A stretch of DNA of 64,000 bases. Source: Acidimicrobiia bacterium (GTDB lineage: Bacteria; Actinomycetota; Acidimicrobiia; Spongiisociales; Spongiisociaceae). Position 1 is the first letter of the stretch, and each line of letters opens with the position of its first letter. Location: contig JBFGLM010000003.1 of NCBI GenBank assembly GCA_041576165.1, positions 84,839 to 148,838 of the forward strand, read 5' to 3'. Of this stretch, positions 18,533 through 28,386 are shown piece by piece. Below the pieces are notes generated by a model. The model was not told where the DNA came from and made no database searches. It was given only the letters and a program-made list of their open reading frames with translations. A program made the position numbers and the translations under genes.

Positions 18533-19771
18533 TCAGTCCGTGGCGATGATCTCGTGTTGTTTGTACGTCGAGACCATCTCGTAGCCGGTCTTGGTGACGT
18601 AGAGCATCTCCTCCAGACGCACGCCATGGTCGTGCAGCTTGCCGTTCTGGGTCTCCAGGGCGAAGGTCATACCTTCTTGGATCTCGACCGGGTGGTCGAG
18701 GGACCAAATGCGGGAGATCACCGGCGGGTCATACTGGGCCAGACCGAGGCCATGTCCCCAGTTGTTGGCGGCCGCCTGGTCCTCTTCCTCGTAACCCCAT
18801 TGTTCCTGGGCGGACGGCCATTTTGCCGCTACATCGGCTGTGGTGACTCCCGGTTTCACCATCTCGATCGAGTCCCACAACCACTGGTGGGCGGCGTCAT
18901 AGGTGGCCTGGTGCTCGTCGGTCGGCTTGCCGCCAACGCAGTAGGTGCGGTAGACGCACGACTTGAAGCCGTTCCAGGTCAGTGCGGCCAGGTCGATGAT
19001 GACGAGCTCGCCGGGGCGGATCATCCGGTCGGAGAAGTTGCGCCAGTTCGGCCAGGCGTTGGGGCCGGATGAGACGATGACGTCTTCGACGTCCTCCATA
19101 CCGGGTATGGAGTAGAGCTTTTCGAATCCGAACGCAGCGACCTCGTTCTCGGTCAGGCCCGGTTTGATGAAGTTCGTGATTTCGTAATGAACGTAATCAC
19201 AGATCGCGCCGACGATCGAGAAGGCTTTGATCTCGTCCGGGCTCTTGATGGCGCGGGCGTTCATCATCGGACTCATGCCATCGGTCCATTCGACCCCACG
19301 ACGTTCGAATTCGCGAATCAGATTGATGTCGATGAAGTCGACGCCCAGCGGCTTGTCGGACACGCCGGCATCCTCGAGGTCGTTGGCCAGCGCGTCGACA
19401 AACTTGTTGACCTGCTGGTCGGCGGCCGGCCCGACCGCGCCTTTGATCCAAGCGTAGGAGTAACGGATGTTCTCCTTCGGGATCCACGGATTGTGGACTT
19501 CTAGGTGAAACCCAATGTCACCCTGTTCGTACACGATCGGAGGCTTGCCGGCAGGAAGAACCACGTAGCGGAGGCCCGGCTTGAGGCGGTTCCAGCCGGG
19601 GGTGAGGGTGGAGGAGACGTAGCGCATGTTCTCGTCGTAGAACAACAACAGGGCTCCCAAACCCGCTTTCTCCATCTCGGCGTGAGCCCGTTTCAGCCGC
19701 CAGTCACGGACGTCGGCCCAGTTGATGCCTTCTTTCCAGTCGGTGCTCAGCCCGAAAAACGCTTCCCTCAT
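18533..19771 (-). CDS. M24 (pita-bread) family hydrolase, Xaa-Pro peptidase/creatinase-like
   Basis: ARAIKSPDEI, IIDL, WGHGLG, ALET and GVRLEE motifs; one metal-ligand Asp position is Cys. Confidence 0.88.
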   Translation of the reverse strand: MREAFFGLSTDWKEGINWADVRDWRLKRAHAEMEKAGLGALLLFYDENMRYVSSTLTPGWNRLKPGLRYVVLPAGKPPIVYEQGDIGFHLEVHNPWIPKENIRYSYAWIKGAVGPAADQQVNKFVDALANDLEDAGVSDKPLGVDFIDINLIREFERRGVEWTDGMSPMMNARAIKSPDEIKAFSIVGAICDYVHYEITNFIKPGLTENEVAAFGFEKLYSIPGMEDVEDVIVSSGPNAWPNWRNFSDRMIRPGELVIIDLAALTWNGFKSCVYRTYCVGGKPTDEHQATYDAAHQWLWDSIEMVKPGVTTADVAAKWPSAQEQWGYEEEDQAAANNWGHGLGLAQYDPPVISRIWSLDHPVEIQEGMTFALETQNGKLHDHGVRLEEMLYVTKTGYEMVSTYKQHEIIATD

Positions 19772-19855
19772 GTAGTTCCCTTCCTCCTCTGTTGGCGAAC
19801 CTTGGGCTGGTGGGTGCCCTCGGAGGCACCCACAGCCGGAAGTCGAGGCGTGCCG

Positions 19856-21082
19856 TCAGCCAATGATCGACTGGGCAACCGTCACGAACTCGTCGTTGTC
19901 CAGCAGACCTTTCTTCTCCAGCGACTTCGCCTTGACGGCCATGAGGACTTCCATCAACTGATCCTCGTCTGCGGCGGACATACCGTTGCGGTCCAGCCAG
20001 ATCGCCACTGAATCGAGGCCGGATCCCTTCCCGAGCACGATCTCGGGGGCCGATTGGCCGACCAGCTCGGGCCGGAACGGGAATGCCTCAGTCATGTCGG
20101 CGTCTCCGACATTGTGTACCCAGGTGGCGATGATGCCCGACTCGACGTTGAAGAGGCGGTCACCCACGATCGCCCGGTTGGACGGCATCGTGACTCCGGC
20201 CATCTTCAAGACTTCGTCCGAGATCTTCTTGAAATGCTCGGTCTTGATCCCGGTGTCGATCCCGTACATGGTCAGCAACGCCAGGATGGTTTCTTCAGTC
20301 GGGGTGTTGCCCGAGCGTTCGCCCAGCCCGGTCACGGTCGTCTGCACGACTTCGACACCTTCGGTGACCGCCAGGATCGTGTTGGCCACGCCCATGCCGA
20401 AGTCCATGTGAAAGTGAGTTTCGAGCGGGACGTCTAACGCTTCTTTCGTCTTGCGAGCGAAGAAGGAAACTGCATGGGGGGAGAGCACGCCGAATGTGTC
20501 GACCAAAGCCACCGCGTCCACATGCCCTTCGCTCGCCACAGTCGTGATCATGTTCAGGTACTCGGTGATCGAGGCCCGGGTGGCGTCGATCGGGAAGAAC
20601 GTCACCTTCAGGTCGTGTTCTTTGGCGTACTGGGTAGCCGCAATCGACGACTCGAGGGCCCGTTCCACCGGCCACTTGTAGGCCTTCTCGATCAGATGAT
20701 GGCTGGAGGGGATCTCCATCACGACGCCTTTGGCGCCGCAGTCGATGGCCAGCTGAACGTCGCTGATCATGCACCGGGCGAATGCATACACCTCGGTGTC
20801 CCCGAGGTCCTCCGAAGCGATCGCCCGCACCGCCGCCTCATCGGCCGGCGAGACGGCGGGCAACCCGGCCTCGATCCGGTGGATCCCCGCCTCTGCCAGC
20901 ATCGACGCGATCCGGACCTTCTCGTCGGCCGTGAACTCGACTCCGGCCTGCTGCTCGCCGTCGCGAAGGGTCACGTCGTGGACTTTCACCGTCTCGGGAA
21001 GATTGAAGGCATCGGCGATCTCGGGCAGATAGTTCCACGGGCTGGAGAACCACTTGTCGGTCTTCCACGGTTCATTGGCCAA
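19856..21082 (-). CDS. DRE-TIM metallolyase (homocitrate/isopropylmalate synthase, HMGL-like) without regulatory domain
   Basis: DVTLRDGEQ, HFHMDFG and GLGERSGN motifs; TTG start after GGAGGGAGG. Confidence 0.88.
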   Translation of the reverse strand: MANEPWKTDKWFSSPWNYLPEIADAFNLPETVKVHDVTLRDGEQQAGVEFTADEKVRIASMLAEAGIHRIEAGLPAVSPADEAAVRAIASEDLGDTEVYAFARCMISDVQLAIDCGAKGVVMEIPSSHHLIEKAYKWPVERALESSIAATQYAKEHDLKVTFFPIDATRASITEYLNMITTVASEGHVDAVALVDTFGVLSPHAVSFFARKTKEALDVPLETHFHMDFGMGVANTILAVTEGVEVVQTTVTGLGERSGNTPTEETILALLTMYGIDTGIKTEHFKKISDEVLKMAGVTMPSNRAIVGDRLFNVESGIIATWVHNVGDADMTEAFPFRPELVGQSAPEIVLGKGSGLDSVAIWLDRNGMSAADEDQLMEVLMAVKAKSLEKKGLLDNDEFVTVAQSIIG

Positions 21083-21108
21083 AACGAGCCTCCCTCCGTC
21101 AGCGACTT

Positions 21109-21125
21109 TGCATCATATACGATCA
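21109..21125. promoter_or_regulatory. Putative operator TGCATCATATACGATCA
   Basis: Matches the recurring motif and overlaps a TATGAT -10 on the minus strand. Confidence 0.7.
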
Positions 21126-21223
21126 GTCCAGAGAGTCCCCGGTCGGGGGCGGATTTCTCCTTGCGTTGGCCGCAGGGTGCAGCCTCTCACCAGTGCACCG
21201 GGCGAGATGGCTGTTCCGTGCCC

Positions 21224-22021
21224 TCACCTGCGTCGCAAGCCGAGGAACGGCCCGATTGCGTGCAGAAACCCTTCCGGATCTTGTAGCTGCGGTCCATGGG
21301 CGATCCCGTCGAGCTCCACATAGGTGCTGGACGGGATCAGCTCGTGCAGCTGGCGGCCCATCGCCGGAGGCGTGGCGGCGTCTTCGGAACCGACCACTAC
21401 CAGCGCCGGATTGGCGATCTGGGCGACCGCGTCGAAGTAGTTGACCTTCGACAACGCTTCGCAGGCGCGTTGCAGCGCCACTACGTCGGTCCGGAGCAGC
21501 ACCTCCCGCCGCTCCTCGTACTCCTCGGGATGGGCCGCCAAATAGTCCTCTGGGAAGACTCGGCGGATGGCCACGTCCACGACTCCGGCCATGCCGTGCT
21601 CGGCTGCGGCCGCCGCCATGCCGTGAAAGGCCGGCTTGGCCTCATCAGGAAATCCCGGTCCCGCGCCGACGATGACCATCTTCCCAAATCTCTCGCCGTG
21701 TCTGATCGCCGTGGCAAGTGCCACGAAACCACCGAGACCGTTGCCGAGCACGATCGTGTCTCGGTCGAAGCCGGCTGCCTCGATCAGACCGCCGATCACG
21801 TCCCCATAGGCGTCCATGGAGGGAGGCTGGAGGTCGGTCTCGCCGAAGCCCGGGAGGTCGACCGCGTGCACCCGGAACTGTCGGGCCAGAGCCGGGACCA
21901 CGCGATAGAAAACGTCGCGGTCCGACAGGAGCGAATGCAGGAGGAGGAGGTTTGGGCCTATATCGCCTGTTGATGCCAGCGACACCCGACCGGCCGGCGT
22001 TTCCAGTGTTCGCTCGTTCAT
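21224..22021 (-). CDS. Alpha/beta hydrolase fold protein (PcaD/RutD-like) with Gly at the nucleophile position
   Basis: LLHSL, DLPGFG, GNGLGG, GSEDAATP and GIAHGP motifs. Confidence 0.85.
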   Translation of the reverse strand: MNERTLETPAGRVSLASTGDIGPNLLLLHSLLSDRDVFYRVVPALARQFRVHAVDLPGFGETDLQPPSMDAYGDVIGGLIEAAGFDRDTIVLGNGLGGFVALATAIRHGERFGKMVIVGAGPGFPDEAKPAFHGMAAAAAEHGMAGVVDVAIRRVFPEDYLAAHPEEYEERREVLLRTDVVALQRACEALSKVNYFDAVAQIANPALVVVGSEDAATPPAMGRQLHELIPSSTYVELDGIAHGPQLQDPEGFLHAIGPFLGLRRR

Positions 22022-22226
22022 GGTCGCTCACGCTACTGATTCCGTCCGACGCCCGGCCGGGTGGGCGGGGAGCAATCCTCCAGGGCCGGCGGCCGAGTTT
22101 CGTGTTGTCGACATTTCGAAGTCTGCGAGTCGGCGCCTGGCGCATATCAACCGAGCCGTCATCCGGGGTGGAGCCTCCGAACTGATCAAAGTGAGCCCGC
22201 CTCTACAGCCACGGCGAACCGCGACT

Positions 22227-23576
22227 TCAGCCCTCGGTCAGCCCGGGCCCGGGGATGAACGTACCCGCCCGCGAGTTGTGGGCGCGGCCATCGTGGGCGA
22301 TCTCCACGCCGCCCAGGTAGGTGGATACCGACCGCCCTCGGAACGTGCGCCCGCGGTAGGGACTCCACCCGGCCTTTGACCACAAGTCCGTCTGGTCGAC
22401 GGTCCAGGATCCGGACGGATCGATCAGCACGAAATCGGCGTCGGCCCCTTCGCCCAGGTGACCCTTGCGGGGAAACAGGCCATATTGGCGGGCAGGTGCC
22501 TCGCTGTAGAGACGCGCCACATCGGATATGGCGAGGGTGCCCGCCAGGGCTGCGTCGATCAGGAACGGGAACGTTGTGTCCAGCCCGGGCAAACCGAACG
22601 GGGCCTCCCAGATGTCGCTCGCCAGCTTCTGTTCCATCGTCGAAGGAGCGTGATCGGTCGAGAAGTGGGAGTAGACGCCGGCCCGCACGAGGTCCCACAT
22701 CGTCGCCTCCTCCTCGTCAGACCGGATGCGGGCGGGAGGCGTGAATTTCCGTAGCGCCCCATGCTCCAACACCTCGTCTTCCCGCAGAGTCAGGTACTGC
22801 GGACACGCTTCGGCCGCCACCTGGGTGCCGCGCGCCCGCACGTCCGCCAGCACAGCAGCCACGGGTGGGCTGCTCACATGTGCGATCGTGGCGCGGACCC
22901 CGGTGGCTGAGATCAGTGCGGCCGCGGCGGCAGTTGCTACCAGCTCGGCCTCGCGGTTGCGCCACTCCAACAAGATGCCATTGTCGGATCGCCCGGATTC
23001 CTTCAGCGCGCGCTCTGCCACTGCCGTGATCGATTCGTCCTCGCAGTGGATCAGCGTGACGGCGCCCGCGGCGGCCACCGCTCGCAGCGCGGCCAGCAGG
23101 TGGGCCGGGTCCAACCCGGGCACTCCGTGGGTCGTACACGTGAAGATCTTGAAAAAGGCTACGCCGGCTCGCCACAGATCTCCGATGTGTTCGATGCGGT
23201 CGGGCCAGGTATGCGCTGCGAGGGCATAGTCGACATTGGATCGTCCCACTAGGTGCGACTTCTTCTCGGCCAGATCGGCAACCTCGCGAACGGGGTGTCC
23301 ATGGGTGTGCTCGATGATGGTCGTGACACCTCGTGCTGCGGCGGCGGCGGTGCCGGACGGGAAGTCTTCCCGGGACGTCTCGCCGGGATCCATCAAATGG
23401 ACATGGGTGTCGACGCCGCCGGGCAGGATGTAGAGGTCGGTGGCGTCGATGGTGCGATCGCCGCGAGGCAGATCTACCCCGAAACCGGCCACCTTGCCGT
23501 CCTGGACGAGCAGGTCGGCCCGACGGGTGCCGGTGCCGGAGACAATCGTTCCGCCGGATACAACGATGTCAGTCAT
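22227..23576 (-). CDS. Cyclic amidohydrolase (allantoinase/dihydroorotase/hydantoinase family)
   Basis: PGGVDTHVH, FFKIF, HCED, HVSS and TDHAP motifs. ATG 23576 follows GGAGG; the ORF-track extension to 24158 is spurious. Confidence 0.92.
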   Translation of the reverse strand: MTDIVVSGGTIVSGTGTRRADLLVQDGKVAGFGVDLPRGDRTIDATDLYILPGGVDTHVHLMDPGETSREDFPSGTAAAAARGVTTIIEHTHGHPVREVADLAEKKSHLVGRSNVDYALAAHTWPDRIEHIGDLWRAGVAFFKIFTCTTHGVPGLDPAHLLAALRAVAAAGAVTLIHCEDESITAVAERALKESGRSDNGILLEWRNREAELVATAAAAALISATGVRATIAHVSSPPVAAVLADVRARGTQVAAEACPQYLTLREDEVLEHGALRKFTPPARIRSDEEEATMWDLVRAGVYSHFSTDHAPSTMEQKLASDIWEAPFGLPGLDTTFPFLIDAALAGTLAISDVARLYSEAPARQYGLFPRKGHLGEGADADFVLIDPSGSWTVDQTDLWSKAGWSPYRGRTFRGRSVSTYLGGVEIAHDGRAHNSRAGTFIPGPGLTEG

Positions 23577-23592
23577 GGGCGACCTCCCGGTC

Positions 23593-23609
23593 TGCACAAT
23601 ATATGATCC
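23593..23609. promoter_or_regulatory. Putative operator TGCACAATATATGATCC in a 55-bp divergent gap
   Basis: Motif match between divergent starts at 23576 and 23632. Confidence 0.68.
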
Positions 23610-23631
23610 GGTCCGGACAGGAGGTTTCGAG

Positions 23632-24618
23632 ATGACAGTCGGGCTCGGATTGGTCGGGACCGGATGGTGGGGCAAAGCACTGACAGAGGCTGCTGCTACG
23701 TCGGGAGAGGCCAGAGTCGCGGCGTGTTTCGCCCGCACCAAGGAAAGCCGGGACGCGTTCGCCGCCGAGTACGACTGCGTGGCCGCCGATAGCTTGGAGC
23801 AGCTGTTGGCCGATCCGGCTGTCGAGGGGGTGATGATCGCCACCGCCCACGCCAGCCACCTCGAGCTGATCGAAGCCGCGGCAGCCGCCGGCAAGCCCAT
23901 CTTTGTCGAGAAGCCGCTCACCCTCACCGTGGAGGAAGGCCGCAAAGCTGTCGCCGCCGCCGAAGCCGCCGGCGTTCCGTTGCAGGTCGGGCACCAACGC
24001 CGCCGTACGGCGGCCAACCGGGCGATCAAGAAGATGATCGATGCCGGCGAGTTGGGAGAGATCCAGGCGATAGAGACCAACCAGTCCGTTCCCAACGCGC
24101 AGAAGCATCCGGAAACCGCGTGGCGCCGCGTCCGGGCCGAGAGCCCGCTGGGCGGCATGACCTCATTGGGCGTTCACAAGATCGACACGATGCACTACTT
24201 CGTCGGGCCCATGAAGCGGGTGTTCACGTTTACCAAGAACACCATGGAGAAGCCGGAGATGGACGAAGCGACCGTGGTCGCTGTTGAGTTCGAGAGCGGG
24301 GCGCTCGGAACCCTGATCACGTCTTTCGTGGTGCCGGTCATCTCACGGATCAGCGTGTACGGGTACAAGGGCACAGCTCACAACGAAGCCGACGGGACCA
24401 GGCTCCTGACCCAGACGATCGAGGGCGGTCCGGTCCGTACGGAAGTCGAGCTGGAACCGGTCGATCCCATTGCCGAACAGCTCGCCGAATTCGCTCGGGT
24501 GGTTCGGGGCGAGGGCTCGCCTGAGACCGGTGGGCGGGAAGGTCTGGCCGTGGTCTCGGCCATGGAGGCCATGATCCGCAGCGCCGAAGAGGACCGGCCG
24601 GTAACGGTGGAGTACTGA
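23632..24618 (+). CDS. Gfo/Idh/MocA family oxidoreductase
   Basis: GTGWWG, FVEKP, GHQRR and GVHKID motifs; AGGAGG RBS. Confidence 0.92.
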   Translation: MTVGLGLVGTGWWGKALTEAAATSGEARVAACFARTKESRDAFAAEYDCVAADSLEQLLADPAVEGVMIATAHASHLELIEAAAAAGKPIFVEKPLTLTVEEGRKAVAAAEAAGVPLQVGHQRRRTAANRAIKKMIDAGELGEIQAIETNQSVPNAQKHPETAWRRVRAESPLGGMTSLGVHKIDTMHYFVGPMKRVFTFTKNTMEKPEMDEATVVAVEFESGALGTLITSFVVPVISRISVYGYKGTAHNEADGTRLLTQTIEGGPVRTEVELEPVDPIAEQLAEFARVVRGEGSPETGGREGLAVVSAMEAMIRSAEEDRPVTVEY

Positions 24619-24651
24619 CGGACGGGCCGCAGCCATGTTGGGGATGGTCGG

Positions 24652-25659
24652 TCAGGACTCGTCCACCGTCATCAGCACCTTGAGAGAGCTGGTGTCTTGG
24701 ACGGCCTCGAAGGCGCCGGCGGCTTCCTCCAGACTGAAGCGATGTGTCACGATTGGCTCGACGTCAAGCGCCCCGTCCGCGACCAGCTTGACCCCCCGTT
24801 CGTAGTCGGCGGGCATGGCCGCCCGCGGATTGTGGATCGTCAATTCCTTGAAATAGAACTGGTAGTAGGGGAGACCTTCGCTGCCGCCGGTCAGCGTCCC
24901 GAAAACGAGAACCTCGCCGCCGACTTTCGTGAGGTCGATGGTTTGGGCCAATGTGGCCTCGGTGCCGGCCGCTTCCAGGCCGAGATCGGCACCGAGTCCA
25001 CCGGTCACCTCATCGACCAGCCGCCGGGCATCGTCGGGGGCCCCCACCACATCGGCGCCCATGTCGGCGGCAATGTCGCGTTTCCACTCCGAGCGGTTGA
25101 TACCGATCACCGTCACGCCTCGTTGCTTGAGCAGTTGAACCATCAGCAAGCCGGCGACTCCCAGGCCAACGACCACCACGACGTCGCCGGGAAACACGTT
25201 GACGGCACGCTGGGCGTGGACAACCGTTCCTAACACCTGGAGTATGCCGCTGGCAGTCGCTCCAACCGAGTCGGGCACCGGGATGAGCCGCTCCTCCGGC
25301 ACTCGCACGTATTTGGCGAACACACCGTCGACTTCGCGGCCCATCAGCCCGCCATTCAGGCAGATGTGGGGCCGCCCGGCCCGGCACATCGGACAGTGCC
25401 CGCACGCCATCGCCGGGTCGACCAGGACGCGCTGGCCGGCTGTGGTGATGGCCAGCTCCCCGGGCTCCACCACAGTGGCGATCGCCTCGTGTCCCATGGT
25501 GAGCGGACGTGGGGTCGCGATCGACCCTTTGAAGACCTTGACGTCGGTGCCGCAGATTCCGACCGTTTTGACTTCCAGCAGGGCCCCTGATCCGGGCCCC
25601 GGTTCGGGAGCGTCAACGACCGCCAGTTCGCTGTCTCCGATGACCTGTACCGCTCGCAT
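24652..25659 (-). CDS. Zn-dependent medium-chain alcohol dehydrogenase
   Basis: GICGTD, GHE, structural-Zn motif CGHCPMC..C and GLGVAG. Confidence 0.92.
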   Translation of the reverse strand: MRAVQVIGDSELAVVDAPEPGPGSGALLEVKTVGICGTDVKVFKGSIATPRPLTMGHEAIATVVEPGELAITTAGQRVLVDPAMACGHCPMCRAGRPHICLNGGLMGREVDGVFAKYVRVPEERLIPVPDSVGATASGILQVLGTVVHAQRAVNVFPGDVVVVVGLGVAGLLMVQLLKQRGVTVIGINRSEWKRDIAADMGADVVGAPDDARRLVDEVTGGLGADLGLEAAGTEATLAQTIDLTKVGGEVLVFGTLTGGSEGLPYYQFYFKELTIHNPRAAMPADYERGVKLVADGALDVEPIVTHRFSLEEAAGAFEAVQDTSSLKVLMTVDES

Positions 25660-25733
25660 GCCACTCCTTGGTCTACGGCGAGCATGATATGCAAATGGTG
25701 CGGCCGCCGGCCCGTCGGTAATGTCGCCCCGCC

Positions 25734-26540
25734 ATGTCCGATGACGCAGGAACCGAAACGGTGGTCGAGGTGGTGGGAGCCACCGTGATGAAGGCCGGAC
25801 GGCAGCTCATCACCGATGTCGACTGGACGATCCGCCGCGGCGAGCGCTGGGTGCTCTTCGGCGCGAACGGATCGGGCAAGACCACTCTGCTCAACGTCGT
25901 GTCCACCTATCAATTCCCGGCCCGCGGCACCGTTCGAGTGTTCGGGAAGCAGCTGGGCCGCACCGATGTTCGGGAGCTCCGCCCGCGGATCGGATACGTC
26001 GGGCCGGCCCCAGCTGCGCTCGTCCGCTCATATCTGAAGAGTCGCGACATCGTCGTGACGGGAAAGCACGCGGCCTTTGTCGACACCCGTTGGCACACGT
26101 ATACCGACGCCGATTGGATCGCTGCGGATCGTCATCTCGAAACGCTCCAGGCCACCCAGCTGGCAGCCCGGGAATTCGCCAATCTGTCGGAGGGCGAGAA
26201 AAAGCGTGTGCTGATCGCCCGGGCACTCATGGCCAACCCCGAGCTCCTCCTGCTGGACGAGCCCGGCGCCGGCCTCGACCTGGGAGCTCGAGAACGGCTC
26301 GTGGCGTCGCTGGCCGCGCTCGCCCACGATCCCGACGCGCCCACCGTGATCCTGGTGACCCACCACGTGGAGGAGATTCCGCCCGGGTTCAGCCAGGTGC
26401 TGACGCTGGCCGGTGGTCGGGTCGTTGCGTCGGGGCCGATCGAAGAGGTGCTCAACAGCGCCACGTTGTCGGAGGCGTACGCCATGCCGCTCAAGCTGGA
26501 ACGTTCGGGCGATCGGTACCGGGCGTGGGGGGATATCTGA
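25734..26540 (+). CDS. Stand-alone ABC ATP-binding protein (ModF-like)
   Basis: Walker A GANGSGKT, LSEGE, LLLDEP and THH motifs. Confidence 0.9.
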   Translation: MSDDAGTETVVEVVGATVMKAGRQLITDVDWTIRRGERWVLFGANGSGKTTLLNVVSTYQFPARGTVRVFGKQLGRTDVRELRPRIGYVGPAPAALVRSYLKSRDIVVTGKHAAFVDTRWHTYTDADWIAADRHLETLQATQLAAREFANLSEGEKKRVLIARALMANPELLLLDEPGAGLDLGARERLVASLAALAHDPDAPTVILVTHHVEEIPPGFSQVLTLAGGRVVASGPIEEVLNSATLSEAYAMPLKLERSGDRYRAWGDI

Positions 26541-26589
26541 TCGGCGCCCCGGCTTGCGATACGCTGGACGGGCCGACGGAGAGCAGCTG

Positions 26590-27270
26590 ATGGCCGAACA
26601 GATCGATATTGCCGAGTTGTTGACGATCGGTGACCGCCCGGGTCACCGGCAAACGGCCCACGAGTTCGTGCGCGAGACATTGCGCGCCGCGATCCTGAGC
26701 GGCCGCTTGCCCGGCGGGACTCGCCTCGTCCAGGCCGACATCGCAGACATGCTGGAGGTGAGCACGACGCCCGTGCGGGAAGCCCTGCGCGACCTCGCCT
26801 CGGAAGGCATGATCCGGCTGGACGCTCATCGCGGTGGCGTGGTGCATGAGCTCAGCAGTGAGGAACTCATCGAGATCTACAACATCAGAGCGATCCTCGA
26901 ACCGGCGGCAATGCGCCAGGCGGTGGAGGGTATGACCGACGACGTGATTGAGCGGGTGGCCCGCATCCACGAGAAAATGGCCGCAGATCCCCAGTCGTCC
27001 GATTTCGTCGACGACAACCGCGACTTTCACCTGGCCATCTACGACGCGGCCGGTTCGCCCCGGCTGGCAGCCATCCTCAAGGGTCTGCTCGACGCGTCGG
27101 TGATGTACGTCAGCGCGGGCCATCGTCTGCGCCCAGAGTTACGAGACCAGGCGGTTGCCGGCCACGCCCACATCCTCGATGCTCTGCGCCGTCGTGACGC
27201 CGACGCAGCTGCCGCCGCCATCCTCACGCACATCAACATCCCGCGCTCTGTGCTGCTCAAGGAAGAGTGA
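26590..27270 (+). CDS. GntR family transcriptional regulator (FCD domain)
   Basis: VSTTPVREAL wHTH; NRDFH...H...H FCD residues. Confidence 0.93.
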   Translation: MAEQIDIAELLTIGDRPGHRQTAHEFVRETLRAAILSGRLPGGTRLVQADIADMLEVSTTPVREALRDLASEGMIRLDAHRGGVVHELSSEELIEIYNIRAILEPAAMRQAVEGMTDDVIERVARIHEKMAADPQSSDFVDDNRDFHLAIYDAAGSPRLAAILKGLLDASVMYVSAGHRLRPELRDQAVAGHAHILDALRRRDADAAAAAILTHINIPRSVLLKEE

Positions 27271-27334
27271 TTCGACCGGCCGCGAGTCCGCGAGGGCGCG
27301 AAGTCCGCGCAGTCTTGACCCGACCTGGTGGGCC

Positions 27335-27351
27335 ACCATCACATAAGATCT
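27335..27351. promoter_or_regulatory. Weaker putative operator ACCATCACATAAGATCT
   Basis: Partial motif match 25 nt upstream of the 27377 start. Confidence 0.5.
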
Positions 27352-27376
27352 ACGAACCCTGGGAGGAGAGAGAGCG

Positions 27377-28378
27377 GTGAGCGTGCCGACGATCGATATC
27401 CACTGCCATCTGGCCACACCGGCCGCAGCCGAGCTGCAAGCGCCCCACAAGCGGCCTGAGTATGAGCCGTACGACTACTTCATGGGCCAGGACTCGAAGG
27501 AACAGAACAAGAAGATGTATCCGACGATCGTCGAGGCGCTGCGAAACCCGGAAGCTCGGATCGAATATATGGACTCGATGGGCATCCAGATCCAGGGACT
27601 GGCGACGTTCGTGTCCGAATACGCGTACTGGGCGCCGACCAGGGTCGGAATCGAGTCGTCCCGGATCCAGAACGACAACATCGCCCGGGCGGTGGCCGAT
27701 CATCCCGACCGCTACATCGGTTTCGGGGCCACCGTCCCCCTGCAGGATGTCGACGCCGCCATCGCGGAGATGGAGCGAGCGGTGGACGACCTGGGCTTCA
27801 AGGGCCTGCAGATCGGCGGCACAGTCGACGGCCACAACCTCGACGAGCCCCGCTTCCGTCCGTTCTGGCAGGCGGTGGCCGCCCGCGGGATTCCGGTGAT
27901 CATTCATCCCAACGGTTACGAGGAGAGCCACCGGTTCGGCGACTACTTCATGACGAATTGCATCGGCAACCCGCTAGAAACGATGGTGGCCGCCAACCGG
28001 ATGATCTTTTCCGGGTTGTTCGAAGAGCTACCCGACCTCAAGGTGGTACTGCTCCACGGAGGCGGCTACCTGCCTTTCTACACGGCCCGGGCCGACCACA
28101 CCTGGAAGGTGCGGCCCGAGACGCGGGCCCACATTCCTGATCACCCGCCGAGCCACTACATGCGCAAGCTCTACTACGACACGATGGTGTTCGACCCGCT
28201 GTACCTGCGCCATCTCATCGAGATAGTGGGTGCCGACCGGGTGATGGCGGGAACTGATTTCCCGTTCGACATGGGCGAGACGGACCCGTTGGGTCTCATC
28301 GACCGAGTCGAGGGGTTGTCCGGCGAGGAGCGGGATGGCATCAAGGGCGGCAATGCCGCCCGGCTCTTCGGGGTGTGA
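27377..28378 (+). CDS. Amidohydrolase_2 family protein (ACMSD-like decarboxylase/hydratase)
   Basis: IDIHCH, IIHP, HGGG, YYDT, GTDFPF and GGNA motifs. Confidence 0.9.
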   Translation: MSVPTIDIHCHLATPAAAELQAPHKRPEYEPYDYFMGQDSKEQNKKMYPTIVEALRNPEARIEYMDSMGIQIQGLATFVSEYAYWAPTRVGIESSRIQNDNIARAVADHPDRYIGFGATVPLQDVDAAIAEMERAVDDLGFKGLQIGGTVDGHNLDEPRFRPFWQAVAARGIPVIIHPNGYEESHRFGDYFMTNCIGNPLETMVAANRMIFSGLFEELPDLKVVLLHGGGYLPFYTARADHTWKVRPETRAHIPDHPPSHYMRKLYYDTMVFDPLYLRHLIEIVGADRVMAGTDFPFDMGETDPLGLIDRVEGLSGEERDGIKGGNAARLFGV

Positions 28379-28386
28379 ACCCGCAG

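Noticed and set aside
23577-24158. ORF-track N-terminal extensions (also 32653-32988 and 42586-43131)
   Set aside because: They overlap well-supported opposite-strand genes, and the internal starts have an RBS or -10 element.
25681-25697. Additional operator copy (AGCATGATATGCAAATG)
   Set aside because: Only about half of the consensus matches, although the divergent location is suggestive.
25734-26540. The missing ATPase of the BMP transporter
   Set aside because: It is a single-domain ModF-like protein 18 kb away, not the double-domain sugar/nucleoside type.
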